Below are positions 38,850 to 50,667 of a stretch of 64,000 bases of DNA, piece by piece. The translations under genes and the position numbers were made by a program. How positions within the stretch are numbered: position 1 is the first letter of the stretch; the number at the start of each line of letters is the position of its first letter. The notes under the pieces are model-generated. The model was not told where the DNA came from. It made no database searches and saw only the letters and a list, made by a program, of their open reading frames with translations. Source of the DNA: Chiloscyllium plagiosum (Eukaryota). The stretch lies in the NCBI RefSeq assembly GCF_004010195.1, contig NC_057754.1, positions 845,318-909,317 of the forward strand. The letters run 5' to 3'.

Positions 38850-40260
38850 CCTCCCCAGGAGAGGGTTGGCATTTACAAAGAGACTCCCCAGGACCGGATC
38901 AGTGTTTATAGGGAGATTCCCGAAGTGCATGTCTATGTTTACAGGGAATTTGCCCAGGAATAGGTGAACAATTAGAGGGAATCTGCCTGGGACCAGGTCT
39001 GTGTTTACAGGGAGGCTCTCCAGAAGTGGGCCTGTGTTTACAGGGAGTCTCCCTGGGGCAGACTGGTGTTTGTAGGGAACCTACCTGGTTCTGAGTCCGT
39101 GTTTAGTGTGAAGATTACTGGGGGTGGTTCACTTCTTAGAGGGAGGCTGCCTGGGAGCAGTTCAATGTTTACAGGGAATCTACCCTGGGGTGGGTCTATG
39201 TTCACAGGAAGACTCCCAGGGAGCAGGCCTGCATTTACCAGGAGACTCGCTGGGAACGGGCATGTGTTTACAAGGAGACATCCTGGGAGCAGGTGCATTT
39301 ATAGGAAGGCTTCCTGGGAGTGGGCCGGTATATACAGGGAGGCTGCCAAGGAGCAGTCTGCGTTTACAAGGAAACTCCCTGAGAGTGGGCCTGCATTTAC
39401 CGACAGACTCGCTGGGAATGGGCCTGCGTTTATGGGGGGGAAATTCCCAGGGGCAGGTCTGTGGTTACATGGAAACTCCCCAGGAGCAAGACTGCATTTA
39501 CAGGGAGGCTGCCCAGGAGCGGGCCTGCGTTTACAGGGAGGCTGCCTGGGAGCGGGCCTGCATTTACGGGGAGGAAGGTGAATGTGAGGACTACAGATGC
39601 TGGAGATCAGAATCTAGATTAGAGGGGTGCTGGAAAGGCACAACAGGTCAGGCAGCATCCGAGGAGCAGGAAAATCAACATTTCAGGCAAAAGCCCTTTG
39701 GGCAAAAGGGCTTTTCCTGCTCCTTGGATGCTGCCTGACCTGCTATGCTTTTCCGACACCACTCTAATCTTTGCAGGGAGGCTGACCGGGAGTGAGCCTG
39801 CGTTTACAGAGAGGCTGCCCGGGAGAGGGCCTGCATTTGCAGGGAGGCTTCCAAGAAGCCGGCCTGTGTTTACAGGGAGACTCCCAAAGAGCGGGCCTGC
39901 AGTTACCGGGAGGGGGCCTGCATTTACAGAGAGGCTGCCCGGCAGGGGGCCGGCATTTACAGAGAGGCTACCCGGCAGAGGGCCTGAGTTTACAGGGAGG
40001 CTGCCCGGCAGGGGGCCTGTGTTTACAGGGAGGCTGCCCGGCAGGGGGCCTGCGTTTACAGGGAGGCTGCCCGGCAGGGGGCCTGCGTTTACAGGGAGGC
40101 TGCCCGGCAGGGGTCCTGCGTTTGCAGGGAGGCTGCCCGGCAGGGGTCCTGCGTTTGCAGGGAGGCTGCCCGGGAGCGGGCCTACGTTTGCAGGGAGGCT
40201 GTCTAGGAGTGAATTGCTATTTATAAGGAGTCTGTTTGGGAGTAGGTCAGTATTGTAGAA
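38850..40260. repeat. 33-bp minisatellite with a divergence gradient
   Basis: Unit approximately GGGCCTGCGTTTACAGGGAGGCTGCCCGGCAGG; most homogeneous at 39900-40200. Confidence 0.9.
39571..39770. mobile_element. Fold-back Penelope-derived insertion inside a minisatellite
   Basis: Inverted arms 39616-39674 and 39712-39770 (CAGGTCAGGCAGCATCC / GGATGCTGCCTGACCTG). Confidence 0.7.
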
Positions 40261-40920
40261 AGACTGTGAGGGCTATATTTGCTAATAGTTTGTATCACCT
40301 TTAACACAGTTACGATGGGAACCCATTGCTATCGGTGGTTTGTTGGATTTTTGGTATAATGAGAATCCTTTCAGAGTCATCGGTATTTGGAATAGTCGAC
40401 CTGAAATGGCAGCTGATTCTATAAATAATATCAAGGGGATTTGGATAGATCATTGAGAGTGAATACCTTACAGCATTATTTGAACCTATGGCTTCTTCTC
40501 TGTAATCACAATCATACATGGATAGGTGCTTAAGCTAGGACAAATGTTCGGCACAACATCGTGGGCCGAAGGGCCTGTTCTGTTCTGTATTGTTGATGAG
40601 CTGACTAGCCTCTGTACTGAAAGGCTCTGTTATTCCAATTTTATATCCAGTTCCCTTTTGAATATTTCTGTTTCCACCACTCTTTCAGAAGCACATTCCA
40701 GATTGCAACAATTCTCAGCATCAAATAAACATTCACCATTCCCTGTCTGGTTCTTCCAACAATTATCTTTAATATGTGTCCCTCTGGCTTTTGAAAGCAA
40801 TTTCTCCATAATTCCTTGATTTTGTCCCTTCATGAGTTTGAACATCTTGATTCAAGCTCTGCTCTGAGGAGAACAGTCTGTGTCTTCAGTCTCTCCACTG
40901 TCACTGATGTCCCTCATATG

Positions 40921-42331
40921 ATGTGGGCAGAGCAGTAGATGTGATCTATATGGACTTCAGTAAGGCGTTCGACAAGGTTCCCCATGGGAGACTGATTAGC
41001 AAGGTTAGATCTCATGGAATACAGGGAGAACTAGCCATTTGGATACAGAACTGGCTCAAAGGTAGAAGACAGAGGGTGGTGGTGAAGGGTTGTTTTTCAG
41101 ACTGCAGGCCTGTGACTAGTGGAGTGCCACAAGGATCGGTGCTGGGTCCTCTACTTTTTCTCATTTACATAAATGATTTAGATGCGAGCATAAGAGGTAC
41201 AGTTAGTAGGTTTGCAGATGACGCCAAAATTAGTGATGTAGTGGACAGCGAAGAGGGTTACCTCAGATTACAGCAGGATCTGGACCAGATGGGCCAATGG
41301 GCTGAGAAGTGGCAGATGGAGTTTAATTCGGATAAATGCGAGGTGCTGCATTTTGGGAAAGCAAATCTTAGNNNNNNNNNNNNNNNNNNNNNNNNNNNNN
41401 NNNNNNNNNNNNNNNNNNNNNNNNNNNNNNNNNNNNNNNNNNNNNNNNNNNNNNNNNNNNNNNNNNNNNNNNNNNNNNNNNNNNNNNNNNNNNNNNNNNN
41501 NNNNNNNNNNNNNNNNNNNNNNNNNNNNNNNNNNNNNNNNNNNNNNNNNNNNNNNNNNNNNNNNNNNNNNNNNNNNNNNNNNNNNNNNNNNNNNNNNNNN
41601 NNNNNNNNNNNNNNNNNNNNNNNNNNNNNNNNNNNNNNNNNNNNNNNNNNNNNNNNNNNNNNNNNNNNNNNNNNNNNNNNGCATGGATGGGATAAATAGA
41701 CAAAGTCTTTTCCCTGGGGTCGGGGAGTCCAGAACTAGAGGGCATAGGTTTAGGGTGAGAGGGAAAAGATATGAAAGAGACCTAAGGGGCAACCTTTTCA
41801 CGCAGAGGGTGGTACGTGTATGGAATGAGCTGCCAGAGGAAGTGGTGGAGGCTGGTACAATTTAAAAGGCATTTGGATGGGTATATGAATAGGAAGGGTT
41901 TGGAGGGATATGGGCCGGGTGCTGGCAGGTAGGACTAGATTGGGTTGGGATATTTGGTCAGCAACAGGTTGGACCAAAGGGTCTGTTTCCATGCTGTACA
42001 TCTTAGACTTAGATTACTTACAGTGTAGAAACAGGCCCTTCGGCCCAACAAGTCCACACCGACCCACTGAAGCACAACCCACCCATATCCCTACATTTAC
42101 CCCTTCACCTAACACTACGGGCAATTTAGCATGGTCAATTCACCTGATCTGCACATTTTTGGACTGTGGGAGGAAACCAGAGCACCCGGAGGAAACCCAT
42201 GCAGACAAGGGTAGAATGTGCAAACTCCACACAGTCAGTCGCCTGAGGCAGGAATTGAACCCGGGTCTCTGGCGCTGTGAGGCAGCAGTGCTAACCACTG
42301 TGCCATCATGCCGCCCATCTCTATGACTCTA
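40921..42331 (+). mobile_element. CR1/HER1-type LINE 3' portion (spans a gap; HE1 SINE inserted in its tail)
   Basis: MDFSKAFDKVPH..VPQGSVLGPLLF..FADDAK; 3' tail CTCTATGACTCTAT. Confidence 0.9.
42004..42316 (-). mobile_element. HE1-type SINE inserted into a CR1 3' tail
   Basis: Full-length reverse copy flanked by CATCT at 41999-42003 and 42316-42320. Confidence 0.88.
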
Positions 42332-43529
42332 TCCCTGGTCCATTTCCAGTAAATATCGTTCCACGCTCTTGACATCCTTCCTGAAGCATGGGGACACTAT
42401 GGTCCAGCTGGGGCTTATCTCAGTGATTTAGAAAAGTTCAAATTGAGTTTAAATGAGTTGGTTTGAAGAGTGAATTTCAGGAATGGGGCGGACTGTGACG
42501 ATACTGATACACACATTTACAATTGTGCATTGACTATCCCAGGCACATATACTAGATTGGTCATTTGGAGGAGAATGGGTGTTGCCCAAGGAGCTATGAG
42601 TCACTGCCTTGAGAGAGAGAGAGAGAGAGCGAGAGACAGAGGAAATGGTTTCAGGGGCAGGAGCAGGGGAATGCATTTGGCTCCCGCAGCAAATTATACA
42701 TGCAATATAGAAGCACTTCAGCTCAAATTATTACCCTATCCATTTAGCAGTCAATGGGCTGGTTATGTTTGGGAGTGGTTGGCTTGTGACAGAGCTGTTG
42801 GTGGCAGGGGTGATAACAAGCAATGCTGTCTTGCTGTTGCGACAGGGCAGGTGTATTGGTTTCAATCTGTGGAGTGGTGAAGTCTAAAAGAGGGCTTCCT
42901 GTAATTGTGCTGCAGCACGTGAAATGGTTGTCCTGTTAGAAGTGTGTGTGTGTTTTGTGTATGACGCTGTGTGCCTGGGCATGTTGGAACACCTGTTTCC
43001 CCAGTGGAGGTTAGAATGGTGGTGGGTGGCTGTCCTGCTGACCTGTTCTCATTGAGCCCAGCTATCTGTTGGCTCTCATTTCTGATTTTTAAAAGAACAC
43101 AGACTTATTGAGTGTTTTTGTTGCTCTTTATAATTCAGTTGTTACTATCAGGAATCCTGGCAAGAAATAACTTCTTGTGAAATGTTTTCTTCCTTTTCCT
43201 TATTGCACCTATTTGCTCTCCTCTCCTAAGATTTCAGTACTTGTTACACTATCCCGTGGCCCTGAGCCTGCTGCTCATGTGCAGACCAGTTTGTTGAGTG
43301 ACAGCATGCTGATCACTTCATGAGGGCATTGGGGCTGAGCTTGCACTCACCTGCAAGCCCACACAACAATAGGGGCCACTGGATTGGGATGAGCAGCCAC
43401 AGATTTCTCAAACTCTAACCTTGCATCTTGACATTAACATTTACTTATGAGTTTTCTATCAGCCGTGCATACTTCCTGGGCCAGGCTGAGGGAAGGCCTC
43501 ATTGTCAGAGAGTTGCTGCTGAGGGAGGG

Positions 43530-44607
43530 TGCATTGTCAGAGGATCAGTACTGAGGTACTGTCGCACTGCCAGACTGTCAGAACTGAGGGAGAGTTGACC
43601 TGTCAAGAGGTCAATCCTGCAGAGTCGGAGGGTCAGCGCTGAGGGAGCGCCGCACAGTCGGAGGGTCAGTACTGAGGGAGCGCTGCACAGTTGGAAGGTC
43701 GATATTTAGACAATGACATGCTGTCAGAGGCTCCGTGTCATTGAAGGGTTAGTATTGAGGCAGCCCTGTACTGTCAGAGGTGCAGTCTTTTGAAATGAGA
43801 TGGTAACCAAGGCTTAGTTAACTTAAATAGATCCCTTGGTCGCAGAAAACTATCTCTCCTCCTGTTATCCTGGCCAATGTTTAGTCCTCGCAACAAAATC
43901 TCAAGCAATGGTTCACCCACATTTTTGCTTCTCCATTTGGATTGTTATCAGAGTCCAGCTTGTTTATCCTCCTTACTCATTGCTCCTGGAAAATGGCTAG
44001 ATCCTGGCCTTGAGGAGATTTTCCCTGGTGGAAAATCATGGAGTGAACTCTCATAATGCAAAGGCAATGTACCATAGGTCCTGTAAATCTGAAAGAAAAC
44101 TCAATGTGGAAATAACTTAATTAAGAATTCTGCTGATGCTTTTTAATCCCTGATTTTCCTATCTAGGTAAAAAATAAATATGGTGGTAGTAAGGAGGATA
44201 AACAAGCTGCAAAGGTGAGTCATCTCAAAACCCTAACTCTGATAACAATCCAAAGGGAGAAGTAAAAGTGTGGGTAAACTATTGCTTGAGATTTTGTTGC
44301 GAGGAATAAATATTGGCCAGGACAACAGGAGGAGACATAGTTTTCTGTGACGAAGAGATCTATTTAAGCTAACTAAGCCTCGGTTTACCATCTCATCTCA
44401 AAAGACTGCAACTGTGGCTGTACAGGACTCCCTCAATACCAACCCTTCAATAGTACCGAGCCTCTGACAGTACGCAATTCATGAAATATTGACCCTCCGA
44501 CTGTGCAGCATTTCCTCAGCGCTGACCCTTCAATTGTGTGGCACTCCCTCAGTTCTGACCCTCTGGCAGTGCAGCACTATCTCAGTATTGATCCTCCAAT
44601 ATTGTGC
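43530..44607. repeat. Long inverted repeat 1 (arms about 43530-43954 and 44236-44607)
   Basis: For example CCTCGCAACAAAATCTCAAGCAAT versus ATTGCTTGAGATTTTGTTGCGAGG, and TTTGGATTGTTATCAGAGT versus ACTCTGATAACAATCCAAA. Confidence 0.85.
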
Positions 44608-44853
44608 GTGTGTGTAAAAGAATTGGTAACTGAACTGTCTCATTTTCCAGCACAGTGTCTCTCTGCCTTGCATATTCAGACTGAGTGTCACAGATTTACA
44701 CAGCACAGAGAGAGACTATTCGGCCCATTGTACCTGTACCAGCATTTTTCATCTAATTACTTCCACACATTCATTCTTTCCCCATAGCCCTTTCAAGTAT
44801 TTCACCTTTTGCTCAGTGTGTCACAAACAATTGCCAATTATGCTGTATCATTT

Positions 44854-46842
44854 TTCAAGATCAGTCAACCTTTATGTTGGTATAAATACATGGCACAAAC
44901 CACATTTATATACTTTTAAAAACTACTTTTGTACTAATTTACCAATATCTTAAACTGTTGTTGCCATCTAACAGTCCTGTTCCAGTTTGGGCTTTAGTCA
45001 GACATGAAGACATAAAGCAGCTATTTTCCTATTTCTGGATTTACAGATTGAGATGCATATAAAGGACTGAAAGGCTGGGATGTTTAGAGCAATGGCCAAT
45101 GACCATCAACTTCAATCTATGTTCCTCTGGTTACTGACATTACTGCTACTGGAAATAGATTCTCATTTACTGCATCAACACCAGGTTACAGCTTGAGCAT
45201 CCATAATTTTGTCTGCTCTTAAAGAATCAATTCAGTTACTCATCCCTGGTACCATTTGACATTTGCATCAGTTTTTAACATGTATTTAAGCTGACCTACC
45301 ATAATGCTCCTTGTGGGGAATGATTTAGATTGTGATGTGAGGTACTACAAGATAGATTGATTGCCAACCCGATCTGTCACTTTAGGATCAATGGTAGCCA
45401 CAGTTTAATCAGTAAAACACACAGATATGTAAGAGAATAGGATGTGTGTCCAGCATGAATTTACAAAGGGGTCAAGGTGAGTTAAGTGATTGGGCAAGAA
45501 ATTAACAGATTGAGTATAATGTGAGGAAATGTGACCCTCACTTTTATAGGAGAACAAAAAATTCAATATATTACTTAAATGGAGAAATTGCAGAATTGAG
45601 AGAGGAATCTGCCTATCGTAGGACATGAGTCATCAAAGGTTTGTATGCAGGTGCAGCAAGTCCATTGAAAGGTAAATGGAATGGTGGTATTTATTGTGAG
45701 GGGAATATAAAAATAAGGTGTACACCGCATTGGTGAAACCACATTTGGAGCACTGTGTATGGGATTATTTAAGGCTGCTCCTTATTTAAGGCTGTAATTG
45801 CACTGGAAGCAGTTTGAAGGTGGTTCACTTATCTTAAAAGGAATGTGTGGACAGGCTGAGCCTGTATCTATATTTCAGAAGAATGAGGGATGGTTTTATT
45901 GAAACAGGTAAGATCCTGGGGGAACCTGACACAGTGGCTGCTGAAAGGATGTTTCTCTTTGTGAAAGAAACTGGAACTAGGAGGCAAGTTTAAAATTAGG
46001 CATCTCCCATTTAAGACTGAGTTGAAAATTTCTTGTCTGATGGTTGTTACTCTGTGAAATTCTCTTCTGCAATGAGCAATGGAGGATCACTGCATATAAT
46101 CAAGTCCGAGTTAAACAGTTTCTCAATTGAAAAGAGAGTTAAGGTTGAACGGAGGTAAAACAACAATAGTGTGGCCACAATCAGATCAGCCATGATCTTA
46201 TCAAATGACAGACTAGGTTTTAATGGACCCATTGGTTTACTCTGCTCCTTGCTCATATGTATGTAAGTAGAGGCTCAAGCTCAGATACTCTGGGAAAGTG
46301 ATGTGAATTGGGGCTAATTATAGTTGGATGTTTCTATAGACTGACGAGCACTTGGCTGCTCCTTGCACTGTATCAATATCTCTACAAGGTCAAAAAATGC
46401 AGCAGGAAATAACTGGAGTTGTCACTCTTTATGTATCTTTTTGAAAAGATTGTTCAATTGTGATTCAGTTTTTCATAAATTGAGTAAAATGCTGTTCTGT
46501 AAATGATGGTCAGATGGACAGGAAGAAAGGAAGAAATAGAGAAGGGGATGTGTGGATGGAATGAGGCTAGGTGCACAAACAGTGGCTAATGGAGAACAAA
46601 CAGCCTCTAAAGATCCCAACATTTCAGTCCTTCATACGTTGATATATCTTCTCAATCTGTGAATCTAGAAACAGGAAAATAGCTGCTTTGTGTCTTCATG
46701 TCTGACTTAATCCTGATCTAGAACACCACTGTTAATTGGCAATAACAGTTTAAGATATTGGTAAATTAGTCCAAAAGAAGATTTTAAAACTATATAAATG
46801 TGCCATGTACCTATACCAACATAAAGGTTGACTGATCTTGAA
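44854..46842. repeat. Long inverted repeat 2 (arms 44854-45089 and 46605-46842)
   Basis: TTCAAGATCAGTCAACCTTTATGTTGGTATA versus TATACCAACATAAAGGTTGACTGATCTTGAA; ACTAATTTACCAATATCTTAAACTGTT versus AACAGTTTAAGATATTGGTAAATTAGT. Confidence 0.85.
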
Positions 46843-47649
46843 TGATTTACAAACCACAGTGTAAATTCCCTCTTGCATTTTCCCTTTCCATCTCTCTTGT
46901 TGCCACAAATAAACCAGCTTTGTAACCCTCTGTTGGCTAACCATTCTTGTCTGGTAATGTTCCATACAACTAGGTCAGTGGATAATGCTCTCTCTTGTGT
47001 TTGAATCACAGTTTCAAACCTCTCATCAGAGATATGATCACAAAATCCAGATGGATATCCTTGATATGCTACTGATGGAGTGTTGCGCCTTCAGAGGGTC
47101 AATGCTGAGGGATCATAGCATTATCAGAGGGTTGACGTTGAGGGAGGTCAACACTGTCAATGATGTATCAAGGAATGCCATGTAGTCAATGGCCAGTGCT
47201 GAGGGTGCGCTGCACTGTCGGACGGTTAGTGCTGAGGGTGTGCTGCACTGTCGGAGGGTCAGTGCTAAGGGAGTGGTCACACTGTCGGAGGATCAGTGCT
47301 GAGGGAGCACAGAACTGTTGGCAGGTCAGTGCTGAGGGCATGTGGCATTGTAGGGGTTCAGTACTGACGGGCATATTGCACTGTCTGAGGCACCATTTCT
47401 CAGCTATTAAATTGTGATATCTTTTGCCATCTAGGGTGAATCAGTAGGGGGAGGGAGGAAGAAAAGATCCCATGGCTACAACTGAAGAAGAACATGGGGG
47501 ATTTCTCCCTGCAGTTCTGGGGCCAATATTTATCCCTCAGTAACATCACTAAAAGGAGATTATCTGGGTCATTGTTATGTTAATATTTGATCTTCCTGTG
47601 CAAAAACTGGCTGCTGATTTTCCTATATTCTGACGTGGCACAGTGCTCT

Positions 47650-48003
47650 GGGCAGCACGGTGGCTCTGTGGTTAGCACTGCTGCCTGGCAGGGCAGGGGA
47701 CCCGGATTCGATTCTGGCCTTGGGCGACTGTCTGTGTAGAGTTCGCACATTCTCCCCATGTCTGTGTGGGTTTCCTCCAGGTGCTCTGGTCTCCTCTCTC
47801 AGTCCAAAGATGTGCAGGTTCGGTGGTTTGCTTGTGCTAAATTGTCCATAGTGTCTAGGGATGTGCAGCCTGGGTGGATAGGTGAGTTAGCCATGGGAAA
47901 TACAGAGTTACAGGGATGGGGTACGGAGGTGCGTCTGGGTGGGATGCTGTTCGTGGGTTCAGTGTGTACTCAATGGGCCAAATGGCCTGCTTCCACACTA
48001 GGA
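47650..48003 (+). mobile_element. Older HE1-type SINE
   Basis: GGGCAGCACGGTGGCTCTGTGGTTAGCACTGCTGCC..GGGTTTCCTCC..CAGTCCAAAGATGTGCAGGTT. Confidence 0.8.
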
Positions 48004-48658
48004 AATCTGTGCTTCTGTGATAAGTATTTCTTTGACTGTAATTGCTTTGGGACATCCTGATGTTGCAAAATGTGCTGGAGAATAGGGCATCCCACTTTTT
48101 CTTTTTTTTTCTTTCTATTTCTTCCTCCTCCTTATCTTTTTCCCCCTTTCTGCCTGTACAATAGCTTGCAATGTGTTTTGTCCCCATTGAAAGTGCTATG
48201 GAAGGTATGGTTGGGTATGCAGTCAGTTTGGGTAATGTATTGTCAGCTCTGCAGCATAATCCAGCTTGTTTCAGTGAATTGAAGCTACTGTTTGGCTGCA
48301 TTACTGTGTCCACGTATTGCCTAAAACCCCTTTTCACTCAGGCCATGATTGTTTTATGTGCTAGTGAACTACAGCAGGGTGGGATGCGTCCCTATTGATC
48401 AGTTGCCTAAAAATTACAGATCCTCTGACATAAAAACAGGAGGAAGTGTGTAGTCTGCATTTATTACTACCAGTAGGAGATGCTTCTTTATCTGCTAAGG
48501 GACCATTTCAAACCACAGCCCCATCTCCCAGCTCCCCTCTGCCAGTTTGAGGACTACAAATCAGAACCTGCAAGCGCAGTTAGAGCACCAGCTTGCTGTC
48601 TCTTGTTGTTTTTAATGGCATTAAATGATTGAATTTATTCTGCAAACTTGTTAACCTG

Positions 48659-48950
48659 ATGTCAGCTGTGAATCAATCGGTAGCGCACTCACCTCGGAGT
48701 CAGCCATCATCAGTTCAAGTCCCTCTCCAGAGTCTAGTGCATTGAATACAGGCTGACTGAGGGAGTGCTGCAGTCTTGAAGGTGCTGCCTTTCAGATGTG
48801 ATGTTAAACCCAAGCCCGTCTGCCACCCCAGTTGGAAGTAAAAGATCTCTCAGCCACCATTAAAATGAAAACGGTTAAGTTCTCCTCGTAGTCCTGTAGC
48901 TAATATTTATACCTTAACCAAGATCACCAACACAGATGACCTGGTCTGTT
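48659..48950 (+). mobile_element. DeuSINE (SacSINE1-like); related copies at about 61168-61490, 43500-43900, 44290-44600 and 47080-47640
   Basis: tRNA-like head (..GGTAGC..GTTCAAGTCC), then GGTGCTGCCTTTCAGATGTGATGTTAAACC, which resembles the Deu domain as recalled. Confidence 0.55.
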
Positions 48951-49371
48951 CATGATCTCAGAATGTGCCGAAATGCCTTGCAGTGACCATGGGATCTTCC
49001 GTGCAAAGTTGAGAGGATGGACAGGCTCTAGGTTCAGCACATTGTCCAAACAAGCAGAAAATTGAAAAAGAACTTGGCTTGATGGGTCAATGTTTTACAG
49101 ACGGATATTAGTGAGTTGTGTACTCCAGCAAGGTCACAAGTGTGTAATCACTGCCCTTACCATTCAAGAAAGGTCAAGAGTACCAGGGGCTGCCCATGCA
49201 CCCTCAACAATTTGGCACTCATTAGGATCAGAGAACAGCAACCTGTTCTTGCTTTGCTGTGGCAGAGGTGCTGGCAAGAGTTTTGAAAGCGCTATTTGTT
49301 CTGTGAGCAGACACACAGAAAATCAGCCTTACAATGCATTTTCTAATCCTGTCCTTCTATGTCTCTTCCAG

Positions 49372-49439
49372 ATTATGTTTACTTTGAAAACTCCTCCAGT
49401 AATCCATACCTTATCCGAAGGATAGAGGAACTGAACAAG
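49372..49439 (+). CDS. MTA2: Metastasis-associated protein MTA2 (NuRD subunit), coding exon 2 (BAH domain, 68 nt)
   Basis: Pyrimidine tract TCTCTTCCAG|AT TAT GTT TAC TTT GAA gives (D)[28 protein letters not shown], the conserved MTA-family N-terminus. Confidence 0.88.
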
Positions 49440-49687
49440 GTACAGCCTTTATATTCTTTAATGAGTGCACTGTGAACCCTGATGGAGATGAGCATCAGCC
49501 TTGTGGTAGTAGGGGTGATGGATATTTCCGTCTCCTGCCTCTATCACTTCACAGATCAGAGGGCTGATAGGCAACCTATTCCCATTCCCTTTTTAAAAAA
49601 AAGACAGATACATGACATCAACTGTACTGTGGAGAGGTGATGGTCAGTGCTAATGTCACTGGATTAGTAATCTACAGCCCCACTCTA

Positions 49688-50667
49688 ATAAGACCATAAG
49701 CCTAGGAGCGGAAATAAGGCCATTCGGCCCATCGAGTCCACTCCGCCATTCAATCATGGCTGATGGGCATTTCAACTCCACTTACCCGCATTCTCCACGT
49801 AGCCCTTAATTCCTTGTGACATCAAGAATTTATCAATTTCTGCCTTGAAGACATTTAGCGTCCCAGCCTCCACTGCGCTCTGTGGCAATGAATTCCACAG
49901 GCCCACCACTCTCTGGCTGAAGAAATGTCTCCGCATTTCCGTTCTGAATTTAACCCCTCTAATTCTAAGGCTGTGTCCACAGGTCCTAGTCTCCTTGCCT
50001 AACGGAAACAANNNNNNNNNNNNNNNNNNNNNNNNNNNNNNNNNNNNNNNNNNNNNNNNNNNNNNNNNNNNNNNNNNNNNNNNNNNNNNNNNNNNNNNNN
50101 NNNNNNNNNNNNNNNNNNNNNNNNNNNNNNNNNNNNNNNNNNNNNNNNNNNNNNNNNNNNNNNNNNNNNNNNNNNNNNNNNNNNNNNNNNNNNNNNNNNN
50201 NNNNNNNNNNNNNNNNNNNNNNNNNNNNNNNNNNNNNNNNNNNNNNNNNNNNNNNNNNNNNNNNNNNNNNNNNNNNNNCCTGTCTAGATCCTTCTGTAGC
50301 CTCCCCACTTCCTCAGTACTACCTGCCTGCCCACCTAACTTTGTATCATCAGTAAACTTCGCTAGAATGCCCCCAGTCCCTTCATCCAGACCATTAATAT
50401 ATAATGTGAACAGCTGCGGCCCCAACACTGAACCCTGCGGGACACCGCTTGTCACCGGCTGCCATTCTGAAAAAGAACCTTTTATCTCAACTCTCTGCCT
50501 TCTGTCAGACAGCCAATCCTCAATCCATACCAGTCGCTCACCTCGAGCACCATGGGCCCTCACCTTGCTCAGCAGCCTCCCGTGTGGCACCTTATCAAAG
50601 GCCTTTTGGAAGTCTAGTTAGACCACATCCACTGGGTTTCCCCGGTCTAACCTACTTGTCACCTCAG
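49688..50667 (-). mobile_element. CR1-type LINE 3' fragment (spans a gap)
   Basis: PHGRLLSKV..VPQGSVLGPQLF..FTDDTK..FFSQRVVGLWNSLP. Confidence 0.9.

Noticed and set aside
39066..40258. G/P/R-rich repetitive ORFs
   Set aside because: Products of the 33-bp minisatellite, interrupted by a Penelope-derived insertion.
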